From Octopus sinensis (taxonomy: Eukaryota), in NCBI RefSeq assembly GCF_006345805.1, contig NC_043004.1, forward strand, positions 34,906,001 to 34,970,000: a stretch of 64,000 nucleotides of DNA, written 5' to 3'. The notes beneath the pieces are model-generated. The model ran no database searches. It was not told where the DNA came from and was given only the letters and a program-made list of their open reading frames with translations. The stretch's first letter is position 1; each line of letters opens with the position of its first letter. Positions 49,947 to 64,000 of the stretch are shown piece by piece. Position numbers and translations under genes: made by a program.

Positions 49947-51789
49947 ATACAATTCATCTTCCTTGAACAATGTGTCCAACCCAAAACATTAAACCTTCTC
50001 TCCTACTCCACAGTATAAAACATTCATTTCTCTCAGATTATTTCACCATTAGAAACCATTCCTTGTTATCTCAGATTCTCATTTCATATTGAAATGTGTT
50101 TGGACCTCTGTGTGTTTGTGTGTGTGTGCGAGTACATGTGTGTGTGTATGTGTGTTGACAGAGACTCAAATAATCATGTTACCATTTTAATTATCACATT
50201 CTAACTAAATTTACTATTGTGTGTGTGTTGTGTGTGTATTATCGCATGTCAGTTGATACGTGTTAATTGTTGTTAATGTTTTTGGCTGGTGTCAGCAATT
50301 TTACTGAAACTAAATCGTGTTTTATTCCTATAAAATGTGATTAAACTGAAATGCAGTGACTTAAATGTCTTAAATCGATGTTAGTTTATGCCTTAAAGCT
50401 AGAATTTATTCTGATATTTCCATATTAAACTGTTAAAGTTTGTTTCTTTTGTAACAGCTTAGTCCATCCACTTGGCACTCTCTGCTGAATGAATATTGCC
50501 AGACTGTTTCTGTCATTGATATTATTTACAACATTCCTGTTACCATTCTCAGAGTTGTTAGGTTTTTGTTTTAATTTAGAGATTGTTTTGCATATAAACT
50601 GCTTGCAGAACTAAAGAAAACACAACATAGAAACAGTTTCTACTGATATAAAACAATCGAAGACCATCTGCTTTATATTATCTGCTGGTATTAATTACTG
50701 GTATTAATTACTATACAAACCAATCATAAAAAGTATTAGGACTCTAAAGTATTTTATGACACTGAGCTATCTTTATAGTTCTGTTTTATTTTCTCTATTT
50801 TTCTAGATTTATTCTTTTTATTCTTAACTTCTTTTACGTATCTAGAATATGATTTTACATGGAATTTTGAAGAGAAGAGAATATGGCGTTGGTTAGTTCC
50901 ATAATAGAATTACAGAACAAAGCTGCTTCAAAATGATATTTTAGAACTATTTAAAAGGAACAGCAAATAACATTCAAATAATAAATAAATAAATAAAATA
51001 CTGTTTCAAGAATATACTGAATAATAGATAAAAATGGTAATTCCTTTTTTCATGTACAAAATATGTTCATAAAGCTTTCAGTTTTTAGAAAGAAAAACTT
51101 CCCTGAACAGTGGCTTTAAAGATTGTTTTGAGAAAAACTGTCTTTGAAATGATTTTGTATTTATGATTCCTTAGTTTGTTCACCTAGAAAATGTTATTAT
51201 ATAAAGGCATATCCTTAAATATCAGTGAAACAGGTGACAAATTTCTACATCATATATTTTAACATTTATATCTATGCACATCCTTGTCACTTCCTTTCTT
51301 TCTCTTTCAGTTATGCACACACACACACGTACACACATGCACGCACGCATGCACACACACACACACACATTTATTCTATGTGAGATTCAATCACAAAAAA
51401 ATGTAGTATTGCAATTTTTGTAATTCAATTTCATTTTTATTATATTGTCAACATTTTAGTTATTATTGCATATCTACATCAAATCTTTTGATATTGCCCA
51501 AATCATACAAAAAAACAAGGAATTTCAGAATCTGGAATTTTTTGACTGTGAGATTCAAACACAATTTGAAAGACCGAAATAGTGTTACCGCAATTTGCAG
51601 AAAATTCCTGACAAGATTCATGACATGCTGTTAAGAATACTAATTCATTGCTACTATGTATAGTTGTCTAAAAATCCATGTCAGGAAAAACAGACGGCCA
51701 TATATTGGTTAATAGAGTTGGTATATAAATAACACAATGCAGCGTAACCAGCCCACTTATGCACACCTTTTCCTTCTTTGGACACTAAA

Positions 51790-52380
51790 CTCTGCTTGTG
51801 AAGACCTGTTGAGGCAAGAGAAATCAAAATCAAATTCAATGACTGGCATCCGTGCTAGCGGGGTGCAAAGAGCACCATACGAGTGTGATCATTGACAGAG
51901 CAGCTAACCGGCTTCTGTGCCGGTGACACATAAAAGGCACTGTTTGAGTGTGATCATTACCAGCATCGTCTTACTGGCACTTGTGCCCATGCTAAGTAGG
52001 GTGCCAAGAGCACCATCCGAGCGTGATTGTTGCCAGAGCAGCCAACTGTCTTCTGTGCCGGTGGTACATAAAAGGGTACCATTCGAGCATGATCGTTACC
52101 AATGCTGCCTTACTGGCACCTGTGAGGTGGCATGTGTAAAAAGATTTGAGCAAGGTCATTGCCAGTACTGCCTGACTGGCCCCCGTGCCAGTGGCACGTA
52201 AAAAGCACCCACTACACTCTCAGAGTGGTTGGCATTAGGAAGGGCATCCCACTGTAGAAACTCTGCCAGATCAAGATTGGAGCCTGATGCGGCCATCTGG
52301 TTTGCCAGCCCTCAGTCAAAATCGTCCAACCCATGCTAGCATGGAAAGCGGATGTTAAACGATGATGAGGATGATGATGA
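51790..52380 (+). mobile_element. RTE 3'UTR element with subrepeat array and (GAT)n tail
   Basis: gcttgtgaagacctgttg start shared with 61278 (-); repeated gatc(a/g)tt.cca..ctgcc units. Confidence 0.85.
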
Positions 52381-52462
52381 ACACACCCATGCCATACCAT
52401 TCCTTTCAAGTATGAAACCAATTGGTAAATTAGCTATCATCAGACTATAATACTGCTGCCAC

Positions 52463-52463
<1 letters not shown>

Positions 52464-52499
<36 letters not shown>

Positions 52500-53300
52500 G
52501 TTTAACGTCTGCTTTCCATGCTAGCATGGGTTGGACGGTTCAACTGGGGTCTGGGAAGCCCGAAGGCTGCACCTAGCCAGTCAGATCTGGCAGTGTTTCT
52601 ACAGCTGGATGCCCTTCCTAACACCAACATCCTTGTTACATACTGACATGGAATCGATGGTTTGATGGCATCTGACTGGTTCAAGGACTGAATCTTGCTC
52701 CAATGTTCTGCTTTTGTATGGTTTCTACAGCTGGATGCCTTTTCTCTCACCAACCACTTTATGTCATGGACTGGGTGCTTTTTGTGTGCCACCAGCTCTA
52801 GTGAGGATGTCACCGTGCCACTTGCAAGACTAGGAAATCTATGAGAGTTGGCTTTATAAGAGAGGATGAAAGGTTAAAGTATGAGAGAAGAGACCAGAGC
52901 AGAATGGATTTCTTGCTGCAGAGGGGCTGCATGAGTGGGGGTGGCAAAAGGGTGGAGTAGGGAAGAGGCAAAAATGGTGCGATGAAATGTCTGTGCAAAT
53001 AAAGAATGAAGCAGATAGATGTGAATGGTGGCAAAAGAACCGGTGGTGAGGTGGGTAACAGTTGTAGAAGTGTTTTGGAGAGTGATAGATGAGGAACGGG
53101 TGAGGGGTTGAACATAATGAATGAAGAACAAATGCTGTGTGTAAGAAAGGGAAGTAGGGAAGAGTAGGTGACAACTGTAAAGACTGAATAGGGTTCAGAG
53201 GTGAGTATAGTGAATGGTGGTGGGGGGCCAAAGCTGATACAGTGGACAAAGGAAAGGAGTGAGAGAAATAACATGAGAGAGAGCATGAAAGAGGGAGGAT
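52464..53300 (-). mobile_element. RTE 3'UTR element(s) with (CAT)n tail and purine-rich body
   Basis: cgtttaacgtctgctttccatgctagcatgggttggacgg... follows (cat)n. Confidence 0.75.
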
Positions 53301-56300
53301 AAGAGAGATTTAAAATGTTTTACACATACCCACATATATAGATATATATATACACACATATACTCACACTTACATAATCTTTTATTACAATTATATGAAC
53401 TTATGAGAACACCATTACCAATAGTTTCATGCAGATCCTATCCCTGAGCTACAACCATTAAATGTACCTGGTCAGATCTATTATTCAGCCAAATTAAAAT
53501 GTTCTTGTGTTTTGGAAATGCAGTAATTTAGGTCTATTTAAAAACAAAGAAAGAAAACAATATCTTCTATAAATAATTATCACTTGAAGAATAATGCAGA
53601 TTTGGCCAAGACATGTCTCATGGCCATTGCTCTGAGGAGCTGAGAGAATCTGTCGGTAGGATTGTTTTCATAAGAAGTTTATATAACATTTAATTCTCCT
53701 TCATTGTCTGTTCATCATTCATTAGGTGTCTTTCCATTTCATTACAAATTGGGACATCAAACTTCTAAATTCAAAACAATAAATCTAGAGTTCTTATTGT
53801 AAGAATTCAATTGTAAGACAAACAATTCAAGCTGTGCTTCTCTTTCAATGTCTAACGAAGAATTATTTTTAACAATCAAATGGTGTCAGTAAAACAGTTG
53901 TAAGAAAGCAGTGAAAGGTTGCTCTTGTTATCAATGAAAGTCTTTGCTATCTCGACATCTAACCATAGTCATTTAGGAAGTCAATTTCATTAATTAATCT
54001 GTTTAAAAGAACTAATATTTGTATATTCTTCTTAATATTATCCTCATCATTTAACGTCCGTCTTCCATGCTGGGTTGAATGGTTTGACAGGAGCTGACAA
54101 GCTGGAGAGCTGCACCAGGCTCCATCATCTGCTTTCACATAGTTTCTATGGCAAGATACCCTTCCTACCACCAACCATTGTACAGAGTGGACTGGGTGCT
54201 TTCTGTGGCTCTGGCACCAGCAGGATTCTATTTTCTTAGGATTAAATTTTTATGTATTCTAAATCTATTTGCATTTATGGTGCCAACCACACCCTAAACC
54301 TCATCAATACCTTCTAATTCCACCGGGATCTTTCAAACTTATTTGAAATATTTGCATGAATTCCTCATATGTAGTCATCATAATAGCCTAAAAGCTTTAA
54401 AATATTTCCTGCAGCTCTGCCCCTTTATTCTACCCAATGTTACTGCCATCTGCATTTAGCTAAACTTGACCTCACACAATTATTTAAACTTCTACAATGA
54501 GTTATACAACCAGCTAAGAAAGCAATAAGATTGGACCCCCAACTATACTCATGTCACTGTAGAGTTTATTGAGGCCCAAATTTTTGCCCAATTCCCTGTT
54601 CCTACCCCAAAGCTATATTAATAATGGTGTTGATTCCACATCTCTGCCCAGAAATAAACTAAGTTACTTCATCTCCAGAAGCAGTATTTTCTCTCTTTAC
54701 CAAAATTCTCTTTTACATGAAAAATAGTCAGTGTGGATGGTCGTGGTGAAATAGGAGAAGTTTGACATGTAGAATTGTGAGTCTAGGAATTTTCAATTCT
54801 CCAGTCACTACCTAATAAAGATGGCTAATCATCATATCTAAGACAAGATATGTGTCTTAGTAATTCCTCCAAGCATCTGAATATTACTGTTAAACAATTA
54901 TTGAAGATGGTACGTCGATAGGCATATTTCCTAATTATTGGTATGCCACATCTTACAGTAGAAAGTGATCTCTTCATCACCACTATCTTCTTCTATCCTT
55001 TGTTAACATCTTATACTTTTGTTCTCTATAACTATTTTTTTTTTTAATTTGGGTCTTCAGTGTTCAGTAAAGTTCTGAATGTCTATTTCACTAAGACTAT
55101 TTGGTATAAGTTTGTATGTAGAGAGAATAATACAGAGAACGAGATCTCTGAGGAAGATTATAATAAACAAGTGGCAGATGATCAGTGTAAAATGTTCCTG
55201 CTGTTTAAATATTTGTTAAAATGAAAACACTTGTGATATTCAATAGTTTTAAGTGTTTTTTCTTTTCTGTTCTTATTGCTATAGGCTGTGGAAAATTAAA
55301 CTACTGAAATTTTAATCTCTTTCTGTTACTTGTAAAATACCTCTGCAGAAATTAATTTGGAAAGAAAGCCATCATAACACAGTAAAGAATTCATCTAAAT
55401 TTATTATCTTTGGGTTATGGCTGAAATCTATGAGATTGATTGGAGAATAGCTGAGGTCAAACTAATCAACCTTTTATAGTTTGGAATTAAGTTTCACCAT
55501 TCATAGAATCAATGATGTTTTGATTAAATGTAAATTGCCCCAAGGGACACAACAAACCTATTATCTTAAAAGATGTAGTATGAGTAAGTTCTTTGACAAC
55601 TAGAACACTTTTATGCTGAAGATTACAACAGACTAGAGTTAATTCTGTTATGTTCACATTATATATATAATTTTATAATCTGTCTCCCATGACTAAAAAA
55701 GACATAATCTTCTGTCATTAGGTAATCATGTCACTCAATTTAGCTTGACTTTAGACACTTATTTCTCGAATTAATTTAAAAAACAGACTCATGACTCAGT
55801 ACTGGTCATGCCAATATTTATCAGCTTCAGTGATTTACCAATAACTTCTTTTATTTTCCCCCTTTTTCTTTTAATGGCAACAAACACCTAATGATATCAA
55901 ACAGCTGAAGATTGCATTTTTAAGTGCTTGCTAGAAATAGAGGCCAACTCTATTTTCAAAGGACAATGTATATGCAACCAGGATTCATTATATTTTAAAC
56001 AAAGGCTGGACAATCACAGCTTGAATGCTTTTGATCACACATTGGCTCAACTAAGCCTGAGCTGAAGCTAAAAAAAACAATAACAACAAAAAGCTGAATA
56101 TTGTTCAGAAACAGAAAGGATGATAAATAAATCGTGTAAGAATGGAAAACAAAGGGTTTACTTACACTCATTCAATAAATTTTAAACCACTATCATCCAC
56201 ATCCAGTTTTTTAAATCCGGATTTTGTCCCCATTAATGGGGGGTGGGGTGGATCTACCTCAATTTCATAGCAACTGCCCTCACACCATCTTGCCCAATTT

Positions 56301-56329
56301 TGAGTGTCATCCCTTTTCAAACCAACCCT

Positions 56330-56490
56330 CCCAATCTCCTCCTCCACCTGTCCCCTCTACCTTTTCCTCAGTCTACCTCGCTTTCATGCTCAATTTACCT
56401 CAAACGCCATCACCCTCCTCACAACATACTCTTCATCCTTCCTCAATACATGCCCATACCACTTCACTCCATTCGCCCTTCCACTAATTT
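56330..56490 (-). mobile_element. RTE ORF2 C-terminal fragment
   Basis: Minus translation WYGHVLRKDEEYVVRRVMAFEV..KRGRLRK. Confidence 0.7.
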
Positions 56491-59400
56491 GATAAAACTA
56501 TTGCAAATACTTTTTTCTTTCTAATGATAAAAAGTTACTCCAAGACATAATAAACCTTTGGCTGAAAGCTTTTCAATTGCCCAAACATCAAACTCTTTCT
56601 CTCACCATTGCTTGTATGGTTCAAAAGAGTATAAGAGCAGAATGTTTGGCACCAATTTGGCTACAAGAGTTGATGGAAGAGTGTCAAGATTCATTAAACA
56701 ATTTATTCTTTAGGCTTTGTCTCAGAAGTCAGCAAGGCTATTATACCCACATATCAGTGAATCTGTAATCTTAGACAGGAATCCATAACATACCTTGTTG
56801 GCTAGAACCGACTGAAATCAGCCTTGGGTGTTTAAAAGTCTGAGGAAAATTTTGGTATATCGAAACACTTTACAGTTAGGAATTGAAATATGACTTGTTA
56901 ATAAATTACTCTAATATTGGTTTTGAATTTTGGCACCAGACCAGCAAGTCTGGGGGTGGGGATAAGTCAATTACATCAACCCTTCCGCTCAACATGTACC
57001 TATTTTATTGACCCCAAAAGGATGAAAGGCAAGGTCAACCTCAGCAGAATTTGAACTCTGAATGTAAAGACTTGTGTCAAAAGTTAAGAATTTTGTCCAG
57101 CATGCTAATGATTCTGCCAGCTCACCACCAGAACTACTCTAATATTAACAACATCCAGGCATAAACACTGATTTCTGACTCTATGAAAAGCTGCAGAGTT
57201 CTGTTTGACATGAATTAACACCATCATTGTTATAATATAATGAACATGTTCCATACTGGTAGGGTTTGGACTTTGATGTCTTTATAAATTGTTCCCAGAC
57301 CTTTTGATTCCAGTTCGGGTGAATTAGTTTTTACCATTTATACTGAAGCAATATTCTCTCAGCTTCACATCACTGTAAACCTAAATATACTTTCAATATA
57401 TTTCGTATATTTTACTTTATTGATCTCTCCCAATGTGCATGTTGTGTTAGTGTCATTACTGTGATAGTGGGTGCACCCTTCCTGTAAATATATCATCGCC
57501 ATCACTGCCACCGCTACCATCCTCATCATTTAACATCCATTTTCCAAGTTGGCAAGGGTTAGATAGCTCAACAGTTTCTGGTGATCCAAAGGATTATCCT
57601 GAGTTCCAGTATCTGCTTTGGCATGGTCTTTGTGGCTAAATGCCCGCCCTTCCTAATGACAACCATATTATATGAGAATGTACTGAAGGCTTTTTTTTTT
57701 CGTTTCTTGACACCAGTGCTATTAAGGCCACTGAATAACTCACCAGGCAAAACCCTTCAAATGAGGGCATGTAGTAGAGAGGGAGGGGCTTTATAGCAAG
57801 TGTTGAGGGAACTGAAACAGGTGCTTTGCTGTAGAAGAGATACATGGTTAGTCCAGTTAGAAGAAGAGAAAAAATAGTGGTGATGATGTTTCAGGGTATA
57901 TCCTTAAAATACGAAAAAAGGAATATAAGAGAGAAGTGCACCAAAGGATCAGAAAGGGTGAGTGGATAGATAAGTTTGCAAGAAAGGGCAAGAAGAATGG
58001 CTGATGGAGAGAAATTATGAGAGAAGTGAATGCTATGAATGGTAAACATGGATGGAGGAGTGGTATTAGTGAATATTAGTGTTGGTGGAGAGAAAATGGA
58101 GAAGATAATAGTGGATCAGGGAGGTAATAAATGGTAACATGGATGATGTGAAGTGAGACAATATGTGGATGGGTGGACGGAGGCTCAGTGCCAGGAACAA
58201 AGTTTGAGAGACATAAATAAAGCTGCAACAGCCACAGGTTGAAAAATCTTTGGTTATAGATCTTGGTGCTCAATGATCGGAACAATATTTTCTGCATAAC
58301 TATGATCTGTTCCTACTCAACAAATGAACAATTATTAGAATCAAACATACTCCAAATGATGCGAAAATATACCAAAACTGAAACTTAGGTGATACTTCTG
58401 AAAACTTGGCATATATTTCTTCACCGTTTCAGCCTGCAGCAACATTAAACATGAAAATACTGAATATTTCAAATTTTGTGCTATGTCTGTTCTTAGGTAA
58501 TTTCTACAAGAGTGTTTATAGCTAACAATGCTCTGCAGATACTTGTCCATGTAAATCGACAGTTGCTTCTGGTTCTTTCTATGTCTTAGGAATTTTTTCT
58601 TGTTTCTCAAAATGATGGGAAGTGAAGTGTTGAAGTGACCAATATACCTTTCTCATACCATGATTGAAAATCTTGTAAAAAGCTTTTCTGTGCACAGATG
58701 TATTATTTGAATTATCTCATTGATGAGTGGCCAGTGTAAGTTGCGTACATGCAAATACTTGCAAATGAAATTTTACCTAACACAAACTAGCATTACAAAT
58801 AGACGGGAGAAACTACAGCTTCTTGTCCAATAACAGAAATGTAATTGCTGTTTGCAAATATATTACTGCAAAATATACATGGCTGAATATAACTCTGCAA
58901 TCTTGCCATTGTACTGTTGGGAATTTCATCAGCAGAGTTGCAACCAGATGAGTAAAAGCTCAAAAAACTATCAACTTCACTTAACATTCTCATATGTCAG
59001 TTATGCAAAGTGACAATTAGTTTTGCTTTTGTTTTCAAACAAGGAAAAAAGATAATAATACGTGGGTCTAAAAGATGGAAACTATCACCCAGATTGTGAC
59101 AAATCAATAAAGAAAAGTTATTTTCTAAATTGATGGATGGACTTCAAAGAATGCTATCGTTTCTTTATTTCAATAGCAAAACACATCTATTCAATATCTA
59201 AATGTTATTTCAGTGATATTTCAAATGGTTTTGTTTAGTTTTGCCTTATAACATTTTATCAAAATATTTTAACTTATATTTTACTTCCCAATTTCAATAT
59301 TTCATTTTGCTTATTTTTTGTTTTCCTTTCTGAAAAACTTTCTGTTGGGTGCTTCTTGGATTCAAGGAATCATTTTATGTAAAGTATGATTGGTTATAGA

Positions 59401-60769
59401 CAAACATCACAGAAGAATTTTACAAAAGCTGGAGGAATTGAACTAAAAACAAATCCTATAATAGTTGTCCTTTACATTTCTAGAGTGAAATTTTAATTTT
59501 TACCTTTCTTTGTAATAAATTAATCTAAAGATGAATTGTGAATTCCTTTGGAAAATAAATAATTCAGTTGTTCTAATATTTATCTGGAATCACTTGATTC
59601 AAGAATAAAAAACTTCAATAATCAGATATAATGTTTGGTTTGCTTTGTTCTGCTGCATTCTTCAGTTTTGCCACAATTACAAGAAAATTCTATTACATCA
59701 AATTGAATGCTGGTTTCTGTTGTCAAAAACTAAAAAAGATAAAATTTAAAAATTTCGCATCTTTAAATCAACTCAGCTTTCTCTGTTTTGTTTTCTTTCT
59801 GCACAGAACCAGCATGTTTCATAGTTTTACAATTTCAATTCATCTTTAAATTGGTACACTGTAGCATTTGTAGCACCAAAATTGTCTTTCTAAGACTTTA
59901 TGATATGAAGAAACAGGTGGAATCACAACATCTTAGATTTGACCCTTAATTCTTTTCATGTCAATCAGCTGCTTCTTTTCTGATTACATAATTTTTAAAT
60001 CTTCGAGGACTGCCTCAAATCTCTATATATATGATAAACAGAAAATATAGACATTTCATATCTGATAACTCTTGTGAATTCTGTGTGAAACAAATAAATA
60101 CTTAATAAAGCTTTAATCATTTCTGCCTGAAACTGAGAACAATCAATTGTTTTCTTCCTATGTGATTGTTTGATGTCACTACAAATACTTTCACATCCTC
60201 TCCATCGCTTCCATTGGGTAAAACAGACCATCTCACTAATATCTTTACACTGAAGAAGCAACAAAATGGTAAGCACTGATTCCCTCTTCATCCAATCCAA
60301 TTATCAACCAACCAACCAAGAAGGAATGAAATTCCTCTAACTACAATGAATATAACCCTTCTAGGAAATTGGATTCTCTCCAAGGCAAACCATATATTAA
60401 AGTGCCTTTAAAGAAACTAATAAGTGCATTAAGGATCCCATAATCCAGAGTGATGGTACCTAGGAAAGCAACTTGTCTAAATTGAAAATTATACAAGGTG
60501 AAAATGGGCCTTAGTCCTATAAGACAATCTCTCTGGTTGTGTTGATATGGAATAAAGATACCAATCCATTCTGGTTGGGATTGAATAAATCAATAAAGAA
60601 ACTTCTATGTGGTTGCCTGCTAGAAACAATTGCCAAACCTTTCTCTAGAAAAGTAGACATACTCTCAAAAAGACAGAGGTGGGGCGTCATGGCTGGAAAG
60701 TCTTTCATCATAGGTTTTGCTCCATCAAGGATGACATAGAACTAAACAACAACAACTGTTGGATCATCA

Positions 60770-61278
60770 TCCTCATTGTTTAACGTCTGCTTTTCATGGT
60801 AGCATGGGTTGGACGATTTGATGGAGGACTGGGGAACCAGATGGCTGCGCCAGGCTCCAATCTGATCTGGCAGAGTTTCTACAGCTTAATGCCCTTCCTA
60901 ATGTCAACCACTCCGAGAGTGTAGTGGGTGCTTTTAAAGTGACACCGGCATGAGGGCCAGTCCGGTGGTACTGGCAATGGCCACACTTGAAAATGGTGTT
61001 TTTTACATGCCACCTGCACAGGAGTCAGTCCAGCAGCCCTGGCAACGACCGCACTCAAATGTTTTGTTCATGTGCCACCGGCACAAGTGCCAGTGAGGCG
61101 ACACTGACAACACTCACACACAAATGGTGCTTTTTACATTCCACCGGCATGGAAGCCAGACAGCTGCCCTGGCAGTGATCTTGCTTGGATGGAGCTGTTA
61201 GCGCTCCACTGGCATGGGTGCCAGTCATCGAATTTGGTTCAATTTCGATTTCACTTGCCCCAACAGGTCTTCACAAGC
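60770..61278 (-). mobile_element. RTE 3'UTR element
   Basis: Inverted homolog of 51790-52380. Confidence 0.85.
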
Positions 61279-62767
61279 AGTATTGATAACCTGTTAACTG
61301 TGCAACATGGCACATTGTTTTGAAAACTGAAAACTGTAATATTAGAACTCAGCATATTCACACATATTCACACAAGCTGTCTTTGGTAGAACTGGTAGAG
61401 CAACGGAAAAAATCAAGGCTTTGAAACATTTTGGTAGGAGCCGTCAAGAATTAATGAAAGAATATTGCCATCATAGCTGACCATTAGGGGTCAAGTAAGG
61501 AAAAATCAGAATGAATACAATGGTGTGCATAGTTGGACATAGGTAAGCATGGACCAAACCTGCTCAACTTTTATGATATACATAATGACTGAACAATTGT
61601 TTAAGCTGACCTTCTGATAACAAAGCTGGTATTTAGTCACCTGATAAATTGAGTTTTGTTCTTTAGCTTATGATAAAAGAAATTGGGTCAAGGATTTTAA
61701 AATCCAATACTTTTCTGAGGGATAAAAGTGGTTAACAATTTTAAATTGAGGGCTCAGCAAAGTCTGATAAGCAAGAAAAAGGAGATTTAGAAGATGAAAT
61801 GTGAAATTTTGAAACAGCAGCACAAAGTGGTGTGTATTTTGATTGGAGAACAATGTTAAGGCCTATAAAATGGAAAATAGCTGGGAATGTTTAAGGAACT
61901 ATTAGCTAGAAGCCACAGAGTAGTTATATAAATGGATCAGGTTAAATAGCAACTGAATGGTGGGATACTAGAAAATAGGGCTTTAAGATCAAAGGGATAA
62001 GACTATAAGGAAAGAGAAGTGAATAACTAGAAGCAGTGTCAAAATACCTGGGCAATCAAAATGTGTATCTCACATTTTAATTCTTTGCTAGGCCTCAGAT
62101 CAAAGTATTAGCAAACACTCTTTTACTAAATGAGTTCCCATTCAACCTTAAATTTGCTAGTTGTACTTTCATATATATGTTACAAAACTTCCACAGTCAT
62201 TTTGTATTGCACTGGGTTTCCCCTACAAAACGCCAGTGTTCAAAACATTGTTGAACTTTATTTCTGATGCAAAATGTAAACACGTTTGTTTCATTCTTGT
62301 CTGCATAGAGCCTGTTTTATTGTTATTTCACCAGAAACATGGCAACTCATTTGGTTCTATGGGCAGGTACAAACCCAAACTACACCAATCTAATAAGCTA
62401 AAAAGAGAACTTTAGTAAAAGCAGACAAATTCCCTTGAATTGCAACTGACAGTCTTAAAAAGGAAAGGACATACTGGTTATTGTGGATGTAGATGGGATG
62501 GTCCTGGCTGGCATACTTTTGATCATAGGTTTATTCTGTCAGGATTGATTTAGGATGAAAGAAGACCACACCACCACCAACACTTCTCAGCCAAACCTGT
62601 TCTTTACAAACTCAAATTGTTTATGGTACTATCATGACTTTCAGTTGTCATCCATTGCTCAATTGCAATTTGACTGTCATTGAGAAGGCTTAATCAAACT
62701 AAAACACTGGTGTCTGATGATCTGTTGACATCATTCTAAATTAGCAGTTTTTAAAATGAAATATCAC

Positions 62768-62992
62768 TTAACCCTTTTGATACCAACCTGCCTCTGGCTA
62801 CCCATGGTCCTACGACATGAATTTTCAGTTTTATTTCTAACCTAAAACTTTCCATCAAAAATTTTATGTTCATTTATGTTTCAAATACCCGCATAATAAT
62901 GACAAAATTATTTGGATAAATTCTTCATTATTCTCAAAATTAATTGAAACAAGATAGTGTACTTCAGCAAAAGAATGGTAACAAAAAGTTAA
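62768..62992. mobile_element. TTAA/CCCTT-type MITE, degenerate
   Basis: ttaacccttttgatacc ... ggtaacaaaaagttaa; homologous to 37798-38021. Confidence 0.55.
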
Positions 62993-63837
62993 GAGAAGTT
63001 TCTCTGAGACAAATTATTACAGTTGGTGCTGTTTAATGTTTGTATATTCATTATAAATATTATACATAATGTTATTTCAAGGGTGTATATAGATGTAATA
63101 TGTGTTCAGTTAATGTAGTTTATGATAGTACTTTACTGTACCTTCTGATTAATTTAGTAAAGAGCTTAATAACCATATAGCAGATACTGTTAATATACCA
63201 GTAACAATCTCTGATGAACTTCCAACTTAACATATATTTATTGCTTTAATTATTCATATAACCTTGCTGAAAATGACTTTAAGACATTCCTCTTTAATCC
63301 ACTTGGGATACCAGTGATAAATTGCTACTTCACTAATGTTCCTTATTTAATACTTTCCTATGTGTTTCTATCTTTGATAGTAAGTATCCAGCACTGTTTC
63401 AGTGTCATCTTGATTCCAGTAAACACACAGTGTAATGACTAATTTGTGTAATTCAGAGCTTTCATCATAACAGAGTGCTACATTAACAAATACCCTGCTC
63501 TTCGCTTCTTTCCTCTTTCTTACAATACATTACACCTTACTCCCCATCCAGCATTCCCATATCACTCTTTCTTACTTTATTTCCTCTGCCAACACACAAA
63601 TGCAACTCTCTGCAACTCTAATCCTGTTTTCTCCATATTACATCTCCTTAGCTTCTTATAAGAAGCTTACATACCATTGCTCATTCATTTTGATTCATTT
63701 CTTGCTATACTAAGTTCCTCTTCTTCTTTTTCTCATCATCCTCTTTTTCACCAGTTCCTATACCTATCTCTCTATATTTATCTACCTATCAATATCTCTA
63801 TTTATTTATCTATTTCACCAATATCTCTATGTGTTCT

Positions 63838-64000
63838 CATCATCATCATCATCATCATCATCATTTTTGTTTAACATCTACTTTCCATGCTAGCATGGGT
63901 TGGACAGTTCGACCGAGGTCTGGGAAGCCAGGAGGCTGCACCAGGCCCAGTCTGATCTGGCAGTGTTTCTACATCTGGATGCCCTTTCTAACGCCAACCA
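63838..64000 (-). mobile_element. RTE 3'UTR end with (CAT)n tail, runs off the window
   Basis: (cat)n then tttaacatctactttccatgctagcatgggttggacag... Confidence 0.85.

Overview
This is a very AT-rich, repeat-dominated eukaryotic window. Its SINE/LINE families and (TA)n/(CA)n/(AAT)n/(GAT)n load look like an octopus (coleoid cephalopod) genome; this is pattern recognition, not a database result. I found no host protein-coding gene, rRNA, true tRNA gene or CRISPR array that I can support, so it appears intergenic or deep intronic. Recognisable content: several tRNA-derived SINE families, many RTE-type LINE 3' fragments with (GAT)n tails, CR1-like and other LINE remnants, two decayed mariner elements, TTAA-flanked MITEs and a Penelope-like (PLE) GIY-YIG remnant. 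The most interesting signal is a set of short modules wedged between (TA)n tracts. Several are long near-perfect palindromes (46-120 bp arms), and several carry minimal type I hammerhead ribozyme (HHR) motifs. These include a divergent inverted HHR pair at 8962-9262 (the + copy has a perfect 8-bp stem I and a GUA cleavage site) and a tRNA-headed SINE with an HHR-like tail in two copies. Together they suggest a (TA)n-associated PLE/retrozyme-like system of hairpin and self-cleaving RNA modules. That interpretation is inference and needs testing.
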